Shown: piece after piece, positions 27,269 through 40,384 of the stretch
How positions within the stretch are numbered: the first letter of the stretch is position 1
Layout: each line of letters starts with the position of its first letter
Assembly: GCF_024521635.1 (NCBI RefSeq)
Contig: NW_026250406.1
Span: 1,178,001-1,242,000, forward strand
Direction: 5' to 3'
Length of the DNA stretch: 64,000 nt
DNA from: Tricharina praecox
Taxonomy: Eukaryota
Notes under the pieces: generated by a model
What the model was told of the DNA's origin: nothing
The model's database searches: none
What the model saw: the letters and a program-made list of their open reading frames with translations, nothing else
Translations under genes and position numbers: made by a program

Positions 27269-30200
27269 CTAAGCCCTCTTCTCAGTGGAAGCCGAAGCAG
27301 AAGAAACCCTCACTTTGCCCCTCCCGACCCGTTCCAAAAACACCTGTTGCTGCTGCTCACGCGCGCCGGCACCAGCACCTGCAGCGGCACCCGCGAACGA
27401 GGAGTAATACCTAGCCCTCGACTGCTGGCCCAGCACGACAACGCCCTTCCTCCCACTGCTCGCGACGGGCTGCCACATCCTAACGACAGGGATATACTCG
27501 TCGTCGTCGTCCTCGCTGCTATCGGACACGGTCGACGTTCTCGACAGCGACGGGACAGGGAGCGGGAGTTCGTCGTCGTTGTTGTTGTTGTCGCGCTCGG
27601 GCTCGCCCCAGAGACTCCCGGTAGCTTTGTGTAGGTTGACGCTTCTTTTGCGGGAGATGGAGAGGCTGCGGCCGGGCTTTGCGGTGGTGGTGCGGGAGGC
27701 GGTGGCGGCGTGCCACAGCAGCTGCTGTGATTCGGCGGGTGCGGGGAGGGGTGGAGAAGGCGTGGTCCGCGGAGTCCACAGCTTGCTGCTCTGCGCGGGC
27801 GAGGGCGGCGCCGTGTGGTGTACCGCCCAGAGACGCCCGCCGACGTGGATCGCGTAGTTGGCTTCCGGGATGGGGTCGGGACTCCATAGGCTGCCCGTGG
27901 CCTTCGAGGTGTGGGTGCCGACGGGATTGCGCTTGGCGGCTTCGCGCGGCGGAAGTGACGCAGTGTATTTGCTGAACTCGGAGTGCTCGGGCTTTTCCAT
28001 GATGACCGGGGGAAGTGCGGGCGCACTCCAGAGTGTCTCCGTTGGTGGCGGCGGGGGCGGTGCGGGCGCGCTGGTTGCGGTCCATAACCGGCCTGCAACC
28101 TCGGGCTTGACCTCAGTGGGCAGTTGACTACACTCCACAAAGGGAGATCCCTCGGCCTGCCAGAGTCCGCCATCGACGACGATCTTCGCTGGCTTGATCT
28201 CGACGTCGCGGATGCTCCAGAGTGAGCCGGAGGCTTTGGGCGGATCCGAAACCATCTTCCTGGGCACAGGCATTCCTCGTTCGGGAACGGCAGTGGTGGT
28301 TCTCGAGGCGGTTGCGGGTCTCCACAATGGCGATGGTGCATCTTCGACAACGACCGACTTGGGTACCGGGGCATTCCACAACCGGTTTGCCATCGCAACC
28401 CCCACTGCCGTCAACGACTTCCGCTCAGCCCGCCGATAGCATTCCTGGCTTCCCCAGAGACCTTCCGCAGCCACGACAACCTCCGCCTTCTCGACCTGGA
28501 CGTCCCGCAAGTTCCACAGCGATCCCGTAGCCTTCTTCAACTCGCCGCCCATCTTCCTCTGCGCAGTCGCGATCCTCTCGGGCACCGCATCCGTGGTCCG
28601 CTCAGCGGTCTCTTTGCTCCACAACGGCACCTTGACGAGGGACGGAGCTACTACCACAGGGATAGCCTCGGCGGTCCACAGCCTTCCACCCACCACCACC
28701 TTCCACCTGTCATCCACCAGCTTCCTCGGCGGCGCGACCGTCAGAGATCTGCTCGAAGTCGACGACGATTTCTGCAGCACAGGGCAGAAGGCGGCAGCAT
28801 CGGCTTGCCAGAGCGCGCCGGGAAGAACGATTTTGGCTTTCTTGACCTCGACGATCCGTACGCTCCAGAGCGACCCGATAGCCTTAGGGAGATAGTCGCT
28901 CTTCTTCCTCGGTGCGGTCTCGACTCTCTCCGGTATGGTGGTGGTGGTACGCGACGCTGTAGCGGCGGTCCAAAGCGGCGCAGGTGGATGTGTGACAATG
29001 GGGGCGGCGACAGGCAATGCGGCGGTCCACAGTCTTCCTCCAACCTTCACTTCGACCTTCACCCCCTCCTTCTCCTCCGCCTTCCGCTCAAAACCACGCA
29101 CAACAACACTAGACGTCACCCTCTTCATGGCCGGTCGCTGGAGCCGCTCCGGCTGCTGATCCCAGAGGCTGTTGGTGAAAACGACCACTCTGCCCTTCTT
29201 GACAGTAATATCCACCTTGGCCCAGAGCGATCCCGTAGCCTTGGGGAGGTAATCGCTCTTCTTCCTCGGCGCAGTCTCGACTCTCTCCGGTACAGCTGTG
29301 GTAGTACGCGACGCTGTAGCGGCGGTCCAAAGCGGTGCAGGTGGGTGTGTGACAACAGGCGCGGCGACAGGCAATGCGGCGGTCCACAGTCTTCCTCCGA
29401 CCTTCACTTCGACCTTCAACGTTTTCTCCTCCTCTTCCATCCTCTCGACACCATACATAACCACACTCGACGCTGCCCTCTTCATGGCCGGCCGCTGGAG
29501 CCGCTCGGGCTGCTGATCCCAGAGGCTGTTGGAAATGACCACCTTGCCCTTCTTGACAGTGACGTCCGCCTTGGCCCAGAGCGATCCCGTAGCCTTGGGG
29601 AGGTAATCGCTCTTCTTCCTTGGTGCAGTCTCGACTCTCTCCGGCACGGCGGCGGTAGTGCGCGACGCGGTAGCGGCGGTCCAAAGCGGTGCAGGTGGAT
29701 GTGTGACAATGGGGGCGGCGACAGGCAATGCGGCGGTCCACAGTCTTCCTCCAACCTTCACTTCGACCTTCACCCCCTCCTTCTCCTCTTCCGTCCTCTC
29801 AACACCATGCCCAACGACACTCGACGCCGCCCTCTTCATCGTCGGCCGCTGGAGCTGGAGCCGCTCGAGCTGCTGATCCCAAAGGCTGTTGCTGGAAACG
29901 ACCACCTTGCCCTTCTTGACGGTGACACTGCGGTGGTTCCAGAGCGAACCGGTGGCTTTGGGAAGGTCGACGGGTGTCTTCCGGGGCGCCGGCACAACGC
30001 GCTCAGGCACGGCCGTGGTCGTTCGGGAGGCGGTTTCCTTGCTCCAGAGGTGTGTTGCTGCTGCTGCTGGTGGTGGTGCAGCGGGGGAAGACCGGCTCAT
30101 GGACGCGGTCCATAACCTACCGCCAACCTTTACCTCAACTGTTTCGGCTGGCGCCTTCTCCGCCTCTTTCTCAACGCTGAGAATAGTCACATTCGACTTC

Positions 30201-33146
30201 GCTCGGCGGGGGGCTGGGCGTCTCAGCTGCTGCTGCGGTTGGTGGTTCCACAGGGCGTTTGAAACGACGACGACAGTGGCCTTCTTGACGACGACATCCT
30301 CGCGCTTCCACAGCGCACCCACGGCCTTTGGCAGATCAGCACTCATCGTTCTTGCGGCGGTGGTGACTCGCTCGGGAACAGCGTCAGTGGTGCGTTTTGC
30401 GGTTTCCCTGCTCCAGAGGGGAGACTTTGGCAACGACTTGGTGACACACGGGGGAGAAGACGCAGGTGTTGCCGCGGCAGTCCAGAGTCGCTGGCCGACG
30501 CTAACCGTAATGGTGGGCTCATCCCGTCGCGCACCCTCCTCCGCGAGCTGTGGCACCGCAACCAATGTCCGGCTGCTCGTGGAACGGAGCAGTGTCGCCG
30601 GGCGGGAAATGGGCTGTTGCTGTTGATGCGAAGCCCAGAGTCCATCTCCAACGAAAACCTTGCCCTTCTTGACAACGATGTCTCGCTTGGCCCACATATC
30701 GCCCGAAGCCTTGGGGAGGTAGTCGCTCTTCTTCCGGGGCGCAGTCTCGACCCGCTCCGGGACCTTGCTGGTGGTCCGCGCTGCAGCCTCGAGTGTCCAT
30801 AGTGGCGATGCGCACCCAACGACGACGGGTTGTGGCGCCGGAACCGGCGCGGTCCAGAGCCGTCCGGCTACCTTCACGCCCACCACTGTCGTGACTTCTT
30901 CGGCGGCGTCCTCTACAGTTTCCACGGCGAAGACGGTGACGCTCGATTTCGATCTGCGCATCGCAGGGGGTCGCGGGGCGGTCCAGAGGCTGCTGCTGTT
31001 GCTGTTGCTATTGCTGCTGGAGCCAACAACGACCTTTCCGCGCTTAACGACGATGTCCCTCGGCCTCTGCTGACTCCACAGCGAGCCGGTAGCTTTCGGC
31101 AGCTCCACGGCGGCCGCCTGCTTCTTGGGCGCGTTCTGCGCAACGATGCGTTCGGGAACCGCGTCGGTAGTCCGTGCCGCAGTTTCCGGCGCCCACAGCG
31201 GCGCCGCCTTGCCGATGACTGCGGCGGGGGCGGGGGCAGGTGCGGGAGAAGATGTTCTTGCAGTCCACAGTCTGCCGGCGACCTTGACTTCGACCTGGTT
31301 CTCCACCCCGCGAGCGGCGGCAACGGGAAGTGCCTCCTCCTCCTCTAGTAGTGTCAATGCACGGCTCGACGACTTTGTGCGCGCGGCAACTACTGGGCGT
31401 GGTACTGCTCGTGGCTGTGGTCGTGGCGGCGACTGCTCCTCCTGCTGTCTCGAACTCCGTCCACAACCACCATTGATAATTACCTTACCGTTCCGCACGA
31501 AGAAGTTCTGGCGGGAGACCTTCCGCTCCTCTTTCCTCTCCTCTCTGTCTTTTTCTTCTCCGATCACCTTCATGCCCCCCTTCCGCTTCACAATCCGCAT
31601 GCACTTCGCAAGCCAGTTTACAGCCTTCCCCTCCTCCTCGTCTACCGGCGGCTGCTGCCGCCGCCGCTGCCACAGCTCTCCAGACGCCGTAGGTACGGAC
31701 ACGTTCTCGATCATGTTTACCGACGCGGACGACGAAGATTTGGGGTGAGGCGGGGGCGCCGCCGAGGTCGTGCGCCGAGCGGTGCGCTTGCTCCACAGCA
31801 TTGCCGGTTTGCTTTCGGTTTCGGTTTCACCGCCGGGACAGAATTCGTGCAGGGCAGGTGCGGGTGCGCTCCAGAGTTGGGGTTTCGGCGCGGCGGTGGC
31901 GGGGCGAAGGGACCAGAGATCGGTGCTGCTGCTGGTGGGGTTGGTGCTGGTGGGGGATGGACTACTGCTACTACTGCGGCGGGGATCGGGGAGGTCAATT
32001 GCGGTTGGGGTTGGCTGGCAGGTGTGGGTTTGGGTTTGGGTTTGTGTTTGTGTTTGTGGTTGGGGAGTAGATGCTTGTGCTTGTTGTTGTGCTTGAGCTT
32101 GTGTTTGTGGTTGGGGGTGAAGTGGTAATTGTTGTTGTTGATGATGGGGGAGGCAAGAGGAGGAGTAGTAGGAGTAGGAGGGCTGCATCGTGGACGAGGA
32201 CGACTCGATGGCAGATATTATTTCTATGCTCGTATTGGAACTCGTAATCAAATGTGCCGTGTCGCTGTCGCTGTCACTGTCGTAGGAGTGGTAGTTGCTT
32301 ATGTGGTCTAGAGCACGATGATGGGGGCCGTGGGCGTGGTGGGCGTGGTGTGCGTGCTGGGCGGCGGCGGTTACAGATGCAGATGGTGCAGATGCAGATG
32401 ATGCAGATGATGCAGCGGTTGTATGTATGATTCGGGTTGGGGTTGGGGTTGGGGTTGGGGTTGGAGTTGGAGGGGTGCTGATGGTGATGGTTGGGATGGT
32501 CGGGGTTGGGTTGGTTGGGATGGTCGGGGTAGGGTTGGTTGGAGTGGGTGCGTTTGCCAGAACGAGATGCTGCTTTTTCTGCTGCTGCTGCTGCTGCTTC
32601 TGCTGCTGGTGGTGGTGATGACGATGCTCCGGCTCCTGCCTCGCGGCGGTACCCTGCGTCGCGTATTGTTCGCCTTCTTCTTTGCCTGCAACTTCGGGGG
32701 CAGCTAGTGGGGTTAGGCGTTAATACATTAGCTTAAGTAGAGTACGGTTGCATTTGCAATTATGTTTTTATGTGCTTCTCGGGCGTTCTTTGGGTTGGGA
32801 ATTTGCAATTATCAATTCTTCATGGCCAGGGGGGGTATGCTGGTGGGCGGGGATCGGCTGCGGAGTTTGGACTTGGGTGGGTGGGACGGATAAGTCTAGG
32901 GGCAAAAGAGAGACAGTCGGGGATGTTGTTGGTGTTGGCGTGGAGGGGGAGGGAGGGGGAGGGGGAGGGGCAGGGAAGAAAAGAAAGGTTCATCATAGGT
33001 AGGGGGGTGGAGACAACGGAGCGGGGATAAAGAATTGGGAAACGTAAGAGCGAGAGCGAGATCGGGGATATGGAGACGTGGAGACGTGGAGACAGTGGAG
33101 ACAATCGACAGGCATCGCATAGAGAAACGTAACCGCATGTCCTGTC

Positions 33147-33181
<35 letters not shown>

Positions 33182-36100
33182 CTTCATCGTCATCGCCACA
33201 CACACGGAACACACACACGGAACACACGTACCATTCGTATCACCCAACCGCAACAGTCTCTGCATCTGCCTGTGTCTCTGCCTGTGCCTGTCCACCACCA
33301 GTTTCCTCACGATCCTCACGTCCTCGTCGTCCACCTCCACCTCCGTGCTCGGCACTAATCTGACCGATCGCGCGACCACTCTCCCACCAATGCGGACTCT
33401 AATCAGGCCCTGTGTCTGTGTCCCTGTCTCAGCAGCAATCGCCGACTGCGACTGCGACTGCGACGGCCGTGTCTGCTGCAGCACTCGCAACGATCGTCGA
33501 CACAGCGCTGCATTCCTCACGTAAATCTGCTGCTGCCCACCCACACCTTGCACACCTCGCCCACCACCCACACCACACAGACCACCACAACCCAGACCTG
33601 CACCCCGCACGGCAGGGGCGCTTGTAGAACCCTTGCCCTTAGTGCGCTCCGAGAGATTGGTGGTGTTGGTTGGAGATGTGGTGGTGGTGGTGGCGGTAGC
33701 TTGCAGCAGTGGTGGTGGTGGTGTGTGCTGCTCCATCGTCTCGATCTCCTCCTGCTGTCGCACCCACGGCGTCGGTGTCGAGCCCGCGGAGTTGGTGTCG
33801 CTGTCGTCGTCGTTGTTGTTGGTATTGTTGTTTTTGGGAGCGATCCACAGGCGGGCGCGTTTGTTGTTGTCATTGTCGTCAGCCCACATCGCAGCAGCAG
33901 CAGAAGAAACGTCGCGAGTCCACAGCGCCGTCGAAGTGATCGCAGCAGCAGCCACATCGACGCCGAGGTCGAGGTCGAGGGGCCGAGACCTGCACCCCGC
34001 AAACCTCACGGCGGCGGCGACGATAGGAGGAGGAGGAGGGGGGAGCAGCGGTGCAGACGGCCACAGCAGTGTCCGCCTGACTCGTAGAGAACTCCGCTTG
34101 GGTGGCCCTCTCCACAGCCGTGCGATGGGCTTGTGGCCTGATACCATCACGGGCAGCGAGGGTAGAGCCTTAGAGGAGTACTTGCGGGTGAGTACATCGG
34201 GGACTGGTTTCTGCGCCGAGACTGATGGTGGTGGTGGCGGCAGTGGTGGGGCTTCCTTCTGCGCGGTCGGTGGCCCCCACCAAAGTTTCTTGAGCTTCCC
34301 AAGAAGGCCAGTCGTCTCCACTGCAATCTGTTAGCCCCTTCTCTCTTCACTCTTCACTCGAGATCTTGGGTATATGCAAGCAAACCAGTAACGACATCCT
34401 CGACCCACGTAACGCGCCGCTTCTTTCCCGTGCTGTCCCTTTTCCGCAGGGAACTCTTCTGCGTCGGTGTCGGTGTCGTCCGTCCATTCTGGCCCTTCCA
34501 CAAGCCCTTCCCCGTCACGTCGTCGATCCGGCTAGTAGCAGTAGCTTTCGCCCAGAGCCGCGAACTCTGCAGCGACGCCGATGATGGTGCGCGATCAAAT
34601 CGCTTCCGTGGTCGCAGCGTTAGTGCCGCCGGTACAGCAGCGCCGTCGGTCTTGTGCCCGCTGCTGCTGCGAACGTTGCTGCTGCTGCGTGCGCTCCATA
34701 GATGCGTCGTCGTCGTGGATGCAATATGCGGCAGCCCCACGAGGGCCACCCATAGGCTTGCAGGCGCCGCGCGGGGCACAGATGAGATCAGCTCCCAGCC
34801 CATCATGTCCATGGCCAGGTCCATATCGGCCACGTGTACCTCGTCCTTGTCTTCGTCTTCGTCTTCTTCGTCGTCGCCGTAGTCGTCGTCTTCGTCTTCT
34901 TCATCATCGTCATCGCCGAGCTCCAGAGTCGGGTTGAAATACACCGTTGGCTGCAATGGTGTTGCGTCCGCGTCTTCAGCCGAATTGAAATACACCATTG
35001 GCTGCAACGGTGTTGCGTCCGCCTGTTCAGCCGAATCATTGCCCAGGCCCAATGGCTCGAGCATATGCGCGCCCTCCTCCCCCCGCTGCGCTTCCTCCAC
35101 CATCCGCGCCAACACCGGCGCATCAGCCAGGCCCGCCAACTGTGCCTGTGCCTGTGCCCGAGCCAAGTGCGTCTGCCAGCCACCGGCCGACGTGACCGCA
35201 GTGGTGGTATCCGTCGTATCACTCGTCCTAGCCGTCGCCCTCTCCATCCCAGCCGTGCTCGCACTCGCGCTCACAAGCGAATCCCGCAGCACCAGAGTCC
35301 TTCGCAAGCCCTGCCACTCATTCTCCTGCGCCGACGTCTCCTGCTCCAGCTGCCGCAAGAGGACGGAGCCACGGTTGTTGTTGTTGGGAGCTGGTGCTGG
35401 TGCTGGTGCTTGCTGCGACTGCTGGAACGTTGGCGGGCGCGGAAAGCGCGCGAACAGCGGGCGCAGCGGGACCGTGCCGAGCGGGGCGGGCGCGGGCTTT
35501 CGCCGCTGGCTCCCCCCGCGGAAGGTGGTAGAGAAGGCGGGGATGGTGTCGCCGAGGCGGAATTGCCGTTGCCGTCGCTGTGACTCGGGCTCCGACGATG
35601 ATAGGAAGCCGTGCGCTTGCTGCTGCTGCTGCTCCACCGCCTGCTGCAGGTCCGATAGCTCGATGCCGGCTTCTAGGTTCGTGAAGATTATGGAGCCGGA
35701 GCCTGCGGAGCCGGCGGAGGACGGGGATGAGGGCGAGGGCGGAGAGCCGGAGAATGTGAAGTCGTAGTCGTAGTCGCGCAGAATCGCGGATGCCGGGGAA
35801 GGGAAGCGCCGACGTCGTGGGCCTTGCGGCGATGAGCTCGACGAGGCCGCGGTCGTGAGTGATGGAGGCGAGGACTCGGCGCCTGACCCTTCTTCTTCTA
35901 CATCAGAGTCGAATGACATACTGTTTCGCAGCTCGATGATGATGCTTTCTGTGCGCTGGTGCTTGTGCTCGTGCTCGTGCTCGTGCTCCTGCTCGCGCGA
36001 TACGTCCACAACGCCGATGCCGATACCAAGTCCGAGCCCGACTCCGGCGAGTGTAGCCGAAGACCTGCGGCGCGCCGATGGTCTCCGCGACGGCATGGCC

Positions 36101-38278
36101 GCGATGGCTTCGGGCTCTGGCTGCGTTTTTTGTGATTTTTCCGACGTGCTCCGCAGCAACGCGCTTTTTCTGCTACTGATGTCCACCAGCACGGGACCGG
36201 AATTCTTGATCACCGGCGCCATGCTCTCGACCCACGCCTTGGCCGTCTCGTACGGTGTTGGCAGGGCGGGGGTAATGGGCAGCGGCATGGCGCCAGCGAC
36301 CGCGCTCCGTGGTGGGCCGTGGCCGCCGCTCGAGCTCTTCGCGACGTCCGCGATGATGAGAGGTGCGGGCGCCTGTTTCTGCTTCTGCTTCCTCGCGGGC
36401 GCGGGCAACGGCGGCACCGCCTCCTCCTCCTGCTGGGACCGCGTGCTTTTCCGTGACGACCCCGAGCGGCTACGATTATGTTTCCTCGGACTGCGCTCAC
36501 TCGGAAATATCGCGCGGGGATTACTATCGCGATCTGGGATCGCGGGTCTCTTCCGCGCGATTACGGGCGTCATCTCCGCCGGCAGCGTTGGGCTCTCGTC
36601 TTCGGGAGCTTCTGGGAGCGGAGATCGGCGCAGGATCCCCTTGCTGGTGGCCGTGACGGTGTACCGGCCCGTGGCGTGCGCCTGAGTGGGGTTGGCGGCG
36701 CCGGGAGAGGGAGAAACGAGTGATGACACCAGCACCGGGTCGTCGTACTCGATGCGCGTGACGAATAGCACCCGCTGGTCCGCCTGGTCCGCTGGTGCTA
36801 GCCCGCCCGGCGCCCACGTGTACTGCGTCGTCGCGTCGTCGTCCTCCGTCGAGTAGGTGAACGCGGACGTCCTCGGGTCGACGCCGACGTATTGCCGCTC
36901 CCTTTCGCGGTCACTCGGCGCGGGGACGAGCGGCTTGCGGCGGACACCATATGCACCTTCTGCTCCTCCGCGCTGGGGGGGCGTCTCCGTCACCGGCAGG
37001 CCAAGCTGCATAGACACACGCTCTCTCCGCCGCGCCTCTCTCTGTCGCTCCTGTTCCGCCGCCGCCGCGCGCAGCGAAACAGTGCGCAAGCCCGTATGCG
37101 TATCCCGGCGCCCCTCGTTCGAGAACGAGAACATCCCGCCGCCGCCGAGCATCGGCCCAGAGATCTTCGCGTTGCCGCCCGCGTACGGCGGGAAGCGCGT
37201 TTCCACAAGCCCTGCCGCAGACGGCAGCGACGGCTCGGAACTACCGCTCCATGATACCATCGTCCCCGGGTGCATGTGAGGTTGCACGTGGGGCTGCGCG
37301 AGCACGCCGCGGAATACCGCGGAGTTTGTCGCCTGCTGCTGCGGCTGCTGCCGCTCAACGTCTGGGCTGCTGCGCCGCTGGAACCGCGCCGAGCCGTCGT
37401 CTGATGCCAGCCGCCGGTGCATCGAGCTGCGGGTCCGCATGGTCGGGAACCCGTCGGCGCCGCTGCTGCCGCCAACGCCACTACTGCTGCCGTCGAGTGC
37501 ATTCGTATTCGCACCCCCGTGCCCGTCAAGCGGAACCAGCGCCTCTGGGAAAGCGCGGAGAAGTCCTGTGTCCGTCCCGTCCCGTCAGCCCACCCGTTCG
37601 CCCATATTTCTCCCGCGAAGAAAACTCACCCAGCAGCACGCCCAGCGCCACGATCCCGGGCCCGAGGCGGAGCAGCACACCGCCCACTTCCACCAATCCC
37701 GCCGCGGGAGCAAGCATCCAGGCGCCCGCGGCCGCCACGACCGCTACCAACCGTCCGCCTCCCCCCGCACCCCCGCTTCGCCACGCACCCCACGCCCTCA
37801 CCAACGCCACAGCGACCACGACGCCGTCGAACGCGACCTGCGTGATCGCCGGTGCGCGCCTTGCCGGCTCCGGATAGCAGACGGGAATAAACCCCCCTCT
37901 CGTGAAGCCGAGGACGACCGCGGCCAGCACCGCACGCAGCGTTACAACCAGCCATTGCACCGCATTCTCACCACTATTTGTGATCGGCGGGTGGACAGCT
38001 AGCAGGAGCAGCGCGGTGAGCGAGACTCGTGCGGCTTGGTCGGATACGGTGGCGAAGATAGATAGGATCGTACATGGAAGGGGGGAGAGGAGGAGGAAGG
38101 AGGTGGATTGGAGCGTGTGGAAGAGTGTGAGGGAGAGGAGGAAGAAAGAGTGGGTTAGTGCGTGCCGGAGAAGTAGGTGCGAACAGTGCACGCGGATGTG
38201 TGTACAGAGGAGGTGCACCGTGGTGGATAGGAGGATGCCCAGTCCGAAGGTCGTGGAGAGCACGCCGGCGGCTTCCAT
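27269..38278 (-). CDS. Giant ~3450-aa protein: N-terminal seven-hydrophobic-segment (GPCR-like) domain plus disordered tail with LW-motif repeats; 4 predicted exons (38278-37630, 37565-34386, 34320-33232, 32703-27269)
   Basis: Three phase-1 introns 37629-37566 (GTGAGT..GCTGAC..CAG), 34385-34321 (GTTTGC..GCTAAC..CAG) and 33231-32704 (GTACGT..CCTAAC..TAG) join the 250-, 1028-, 442- and 1660-aa track ORFs into one 10353-nt frame. Confidence 0.75.
27610..31300 (-). repeat. Intragenic tandem array, ~11 copies of a ~95-125-aa unit; youngest copies near-identical with 354-357-nt period
   Basis: Unit VxVxVGGRLWTA...PLWTxxTASRTTxAVPER...RKxxxLPKATGSLW..VxVKKGKVV...LW. Matching DNA begins at 29031, 29388 and 29742. 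Confidence 0.92.
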
Positions 38279-39178
38279 GGCTTCCTTCTATGGTTGAGGG
38301 TTCGAGTGGACGGACGGACGGCCGTGGTGGTGTGGAATGTACGCAGGTATGGGCCGGCCAACTATGTACTGGACATCACATCAACAGCCATCCACATATA
38401 TGCATCGTGGAGGGGGACTTACAGTATATCTATCAATCAACCAGAATAAACGAAGACTGAGTATGTACTAAATAAACTAAGTAAATGAATATTAACTAAA
38501 AGAGCCCGGCCCAAATGAGAAACGAAAAGGACAAAAAAGGAACTGATCCGGCAGCCAGCGAGAACGTAAAGGGGTGAGTTTGGGGGTGAAAGTTGGGGAG
38601 AGTTGAACGAACGGAAGAGGGTGGATCTCAAGGGGGGGGAGGGTGGTTTTCTTCTTCTCCTCATTCTCATCCTTCCCCAGCTTACTAGGAATGTAGGTAC
38701 TCGCCGCAGAGGCGCGCGAGAGGAGGAGGAGGTGGTGCTGGGTGGTGCTGGGTGCTGGGTGGTAGGTGATGTTCGCGAAACAGTCCCATGGTCCATCCCA
38801 TGGTCCACATTCCACAGTCCCTGGAGCCAAGTTCCAAGTTCCAACTGCTACCTACCGTACCGTACCGAGAGTTGGGGTCTTTAGTCGAGAGTCTGACAGC
38901 GGTACTGTATCTACGCTTCTCTCTTACTACCGTAGATATTATGTATGTCTCGCCTTCGACGAGGGCCAGGATGAAACTCCACATGAGACCTATCGCGCCG
39001 CCGGATGGGCGATGAAACGTGTAGCCCTGCGGCGCTTGCGCTACCAGCTGCCACCCATGCACGCGAGCATTCGCCTACGAGACCAATGGGGGACTGGGGT
39101 GGGCGATGTACCTGAGGGTAAGGATGAGAGGGACCCAGAAATGAAAACGGCCTACGGGTGAACTTTGAAGGTATGTGA

Positions 39179-39330
39179 AGGTGCAAAAGGTGCAAGGTGA
39201 AAAAGGTGCAAAAGGTGCAAAAGGTGCAAAAGGTGCAAGGTGCAAAAGGTGCAAAAGGTGCAAAAGGTGCAAAAGGTGCAAGGTGCAAAAGGTGCAAAAG
39301 GTGCAAGGTGCAAAAGGTGCAAAAGGTGCA
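39179..39330. repeat. Minisatellite (GGTGCAAAA / GGTGCAA) x~18
   Basis: Read directly; mixed 9-mer and 7-mer units. Confidence 0.93.
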
Positions 39331-40384
39331 GAAACGGGATCGTGATCTTCCAGAAGAAAATCTAGTTAACTAAAGCGATGGTGATGAAAGTAAGACGAGC
39401 GAGCGAGCGAGGTGGTCATGAAGATAAAAAGGAAGTTGGGTACAGCAAGTGGAAACAAAACGTTGGAACTTGGAACTTGGACTCGGAGGCACGTTGGAGG
39501 CACCACAGATATCGGGTCTCCACGGGAGAGACGACAACAATACCTACCGCAGAGAAGCTCGGGCTCGGGTCCGGGCTCGTGCATGTGCAGTATTTGGTCG
39601 GGCACCAGCGTACACAGTGTACCTGGTACCTTACCTACTCTCCATATGTAGTCCATGCTTAAGCGAAAAAAGCGAGGTGTATCCGTAGATCCACCGTCCA
39701 CGGCGAAGGTTGAAGGATACGTGCGTAACGGATAGTTGCACTTATGTAGGAAGTATGTACGAGTATGTACTACGGTAGTATTTGCACCTGCGCAGTTGCG
39801 CCTCCCGCCCGCGCGCGGGGTATGTAGGATGTGGGTATGTACCGACTGGCTGGCTGGCTGGCTGACTGACTGACGGACAGAGAAAGCTCCGTTCCTCCGT
39901 CTTCCAGTACCGCCGACCAGTGACCGGTCGTGGTACAGCAGGAGCTGACAGCTACATACCGGGCTACGTGCCCGAGGAGCATCGTGTCAAATTGTCAATG
40001 CTGAACATGAAATACTGGTATCGTAGCGATGGATACTCCAGTTCGAGAGCCTTCTTACCCGTGGAGCCGGTACCACATTGGATGGAAGACGGGCCGCTGA
40101 AGGGGAGGGTCATGAGGACTTACTCGGGTCTTTCGTTATCTGTTCCTGCGGTAGGTAGAAGCTGTACTATAGTCGGTATCATTGCATCAGATAAGCGCAA
40201 AGTGTGGGGAAGAAATCCGCGTGTTTCGCAGATAGACACTGAAGAAGTATGTGTTGGTAGTGATGGCAGTCACGACTCACCAGTGGGTAATGGCATGAGA
40301 TTGGCAGGGACGTGGACGCTGCCGGCGATCCATGGAATATCACTCGTCAAGTCCGTTCAGTGCGTCGGGGGAACAATTCCGTCA

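Noticed and set aside
28805..30115. 436-aa plus-strand repetitive ORF (and similar ORFs at 33-38 kb)
   Set aside because: Antisense shadows of the GC-rich giant CDS
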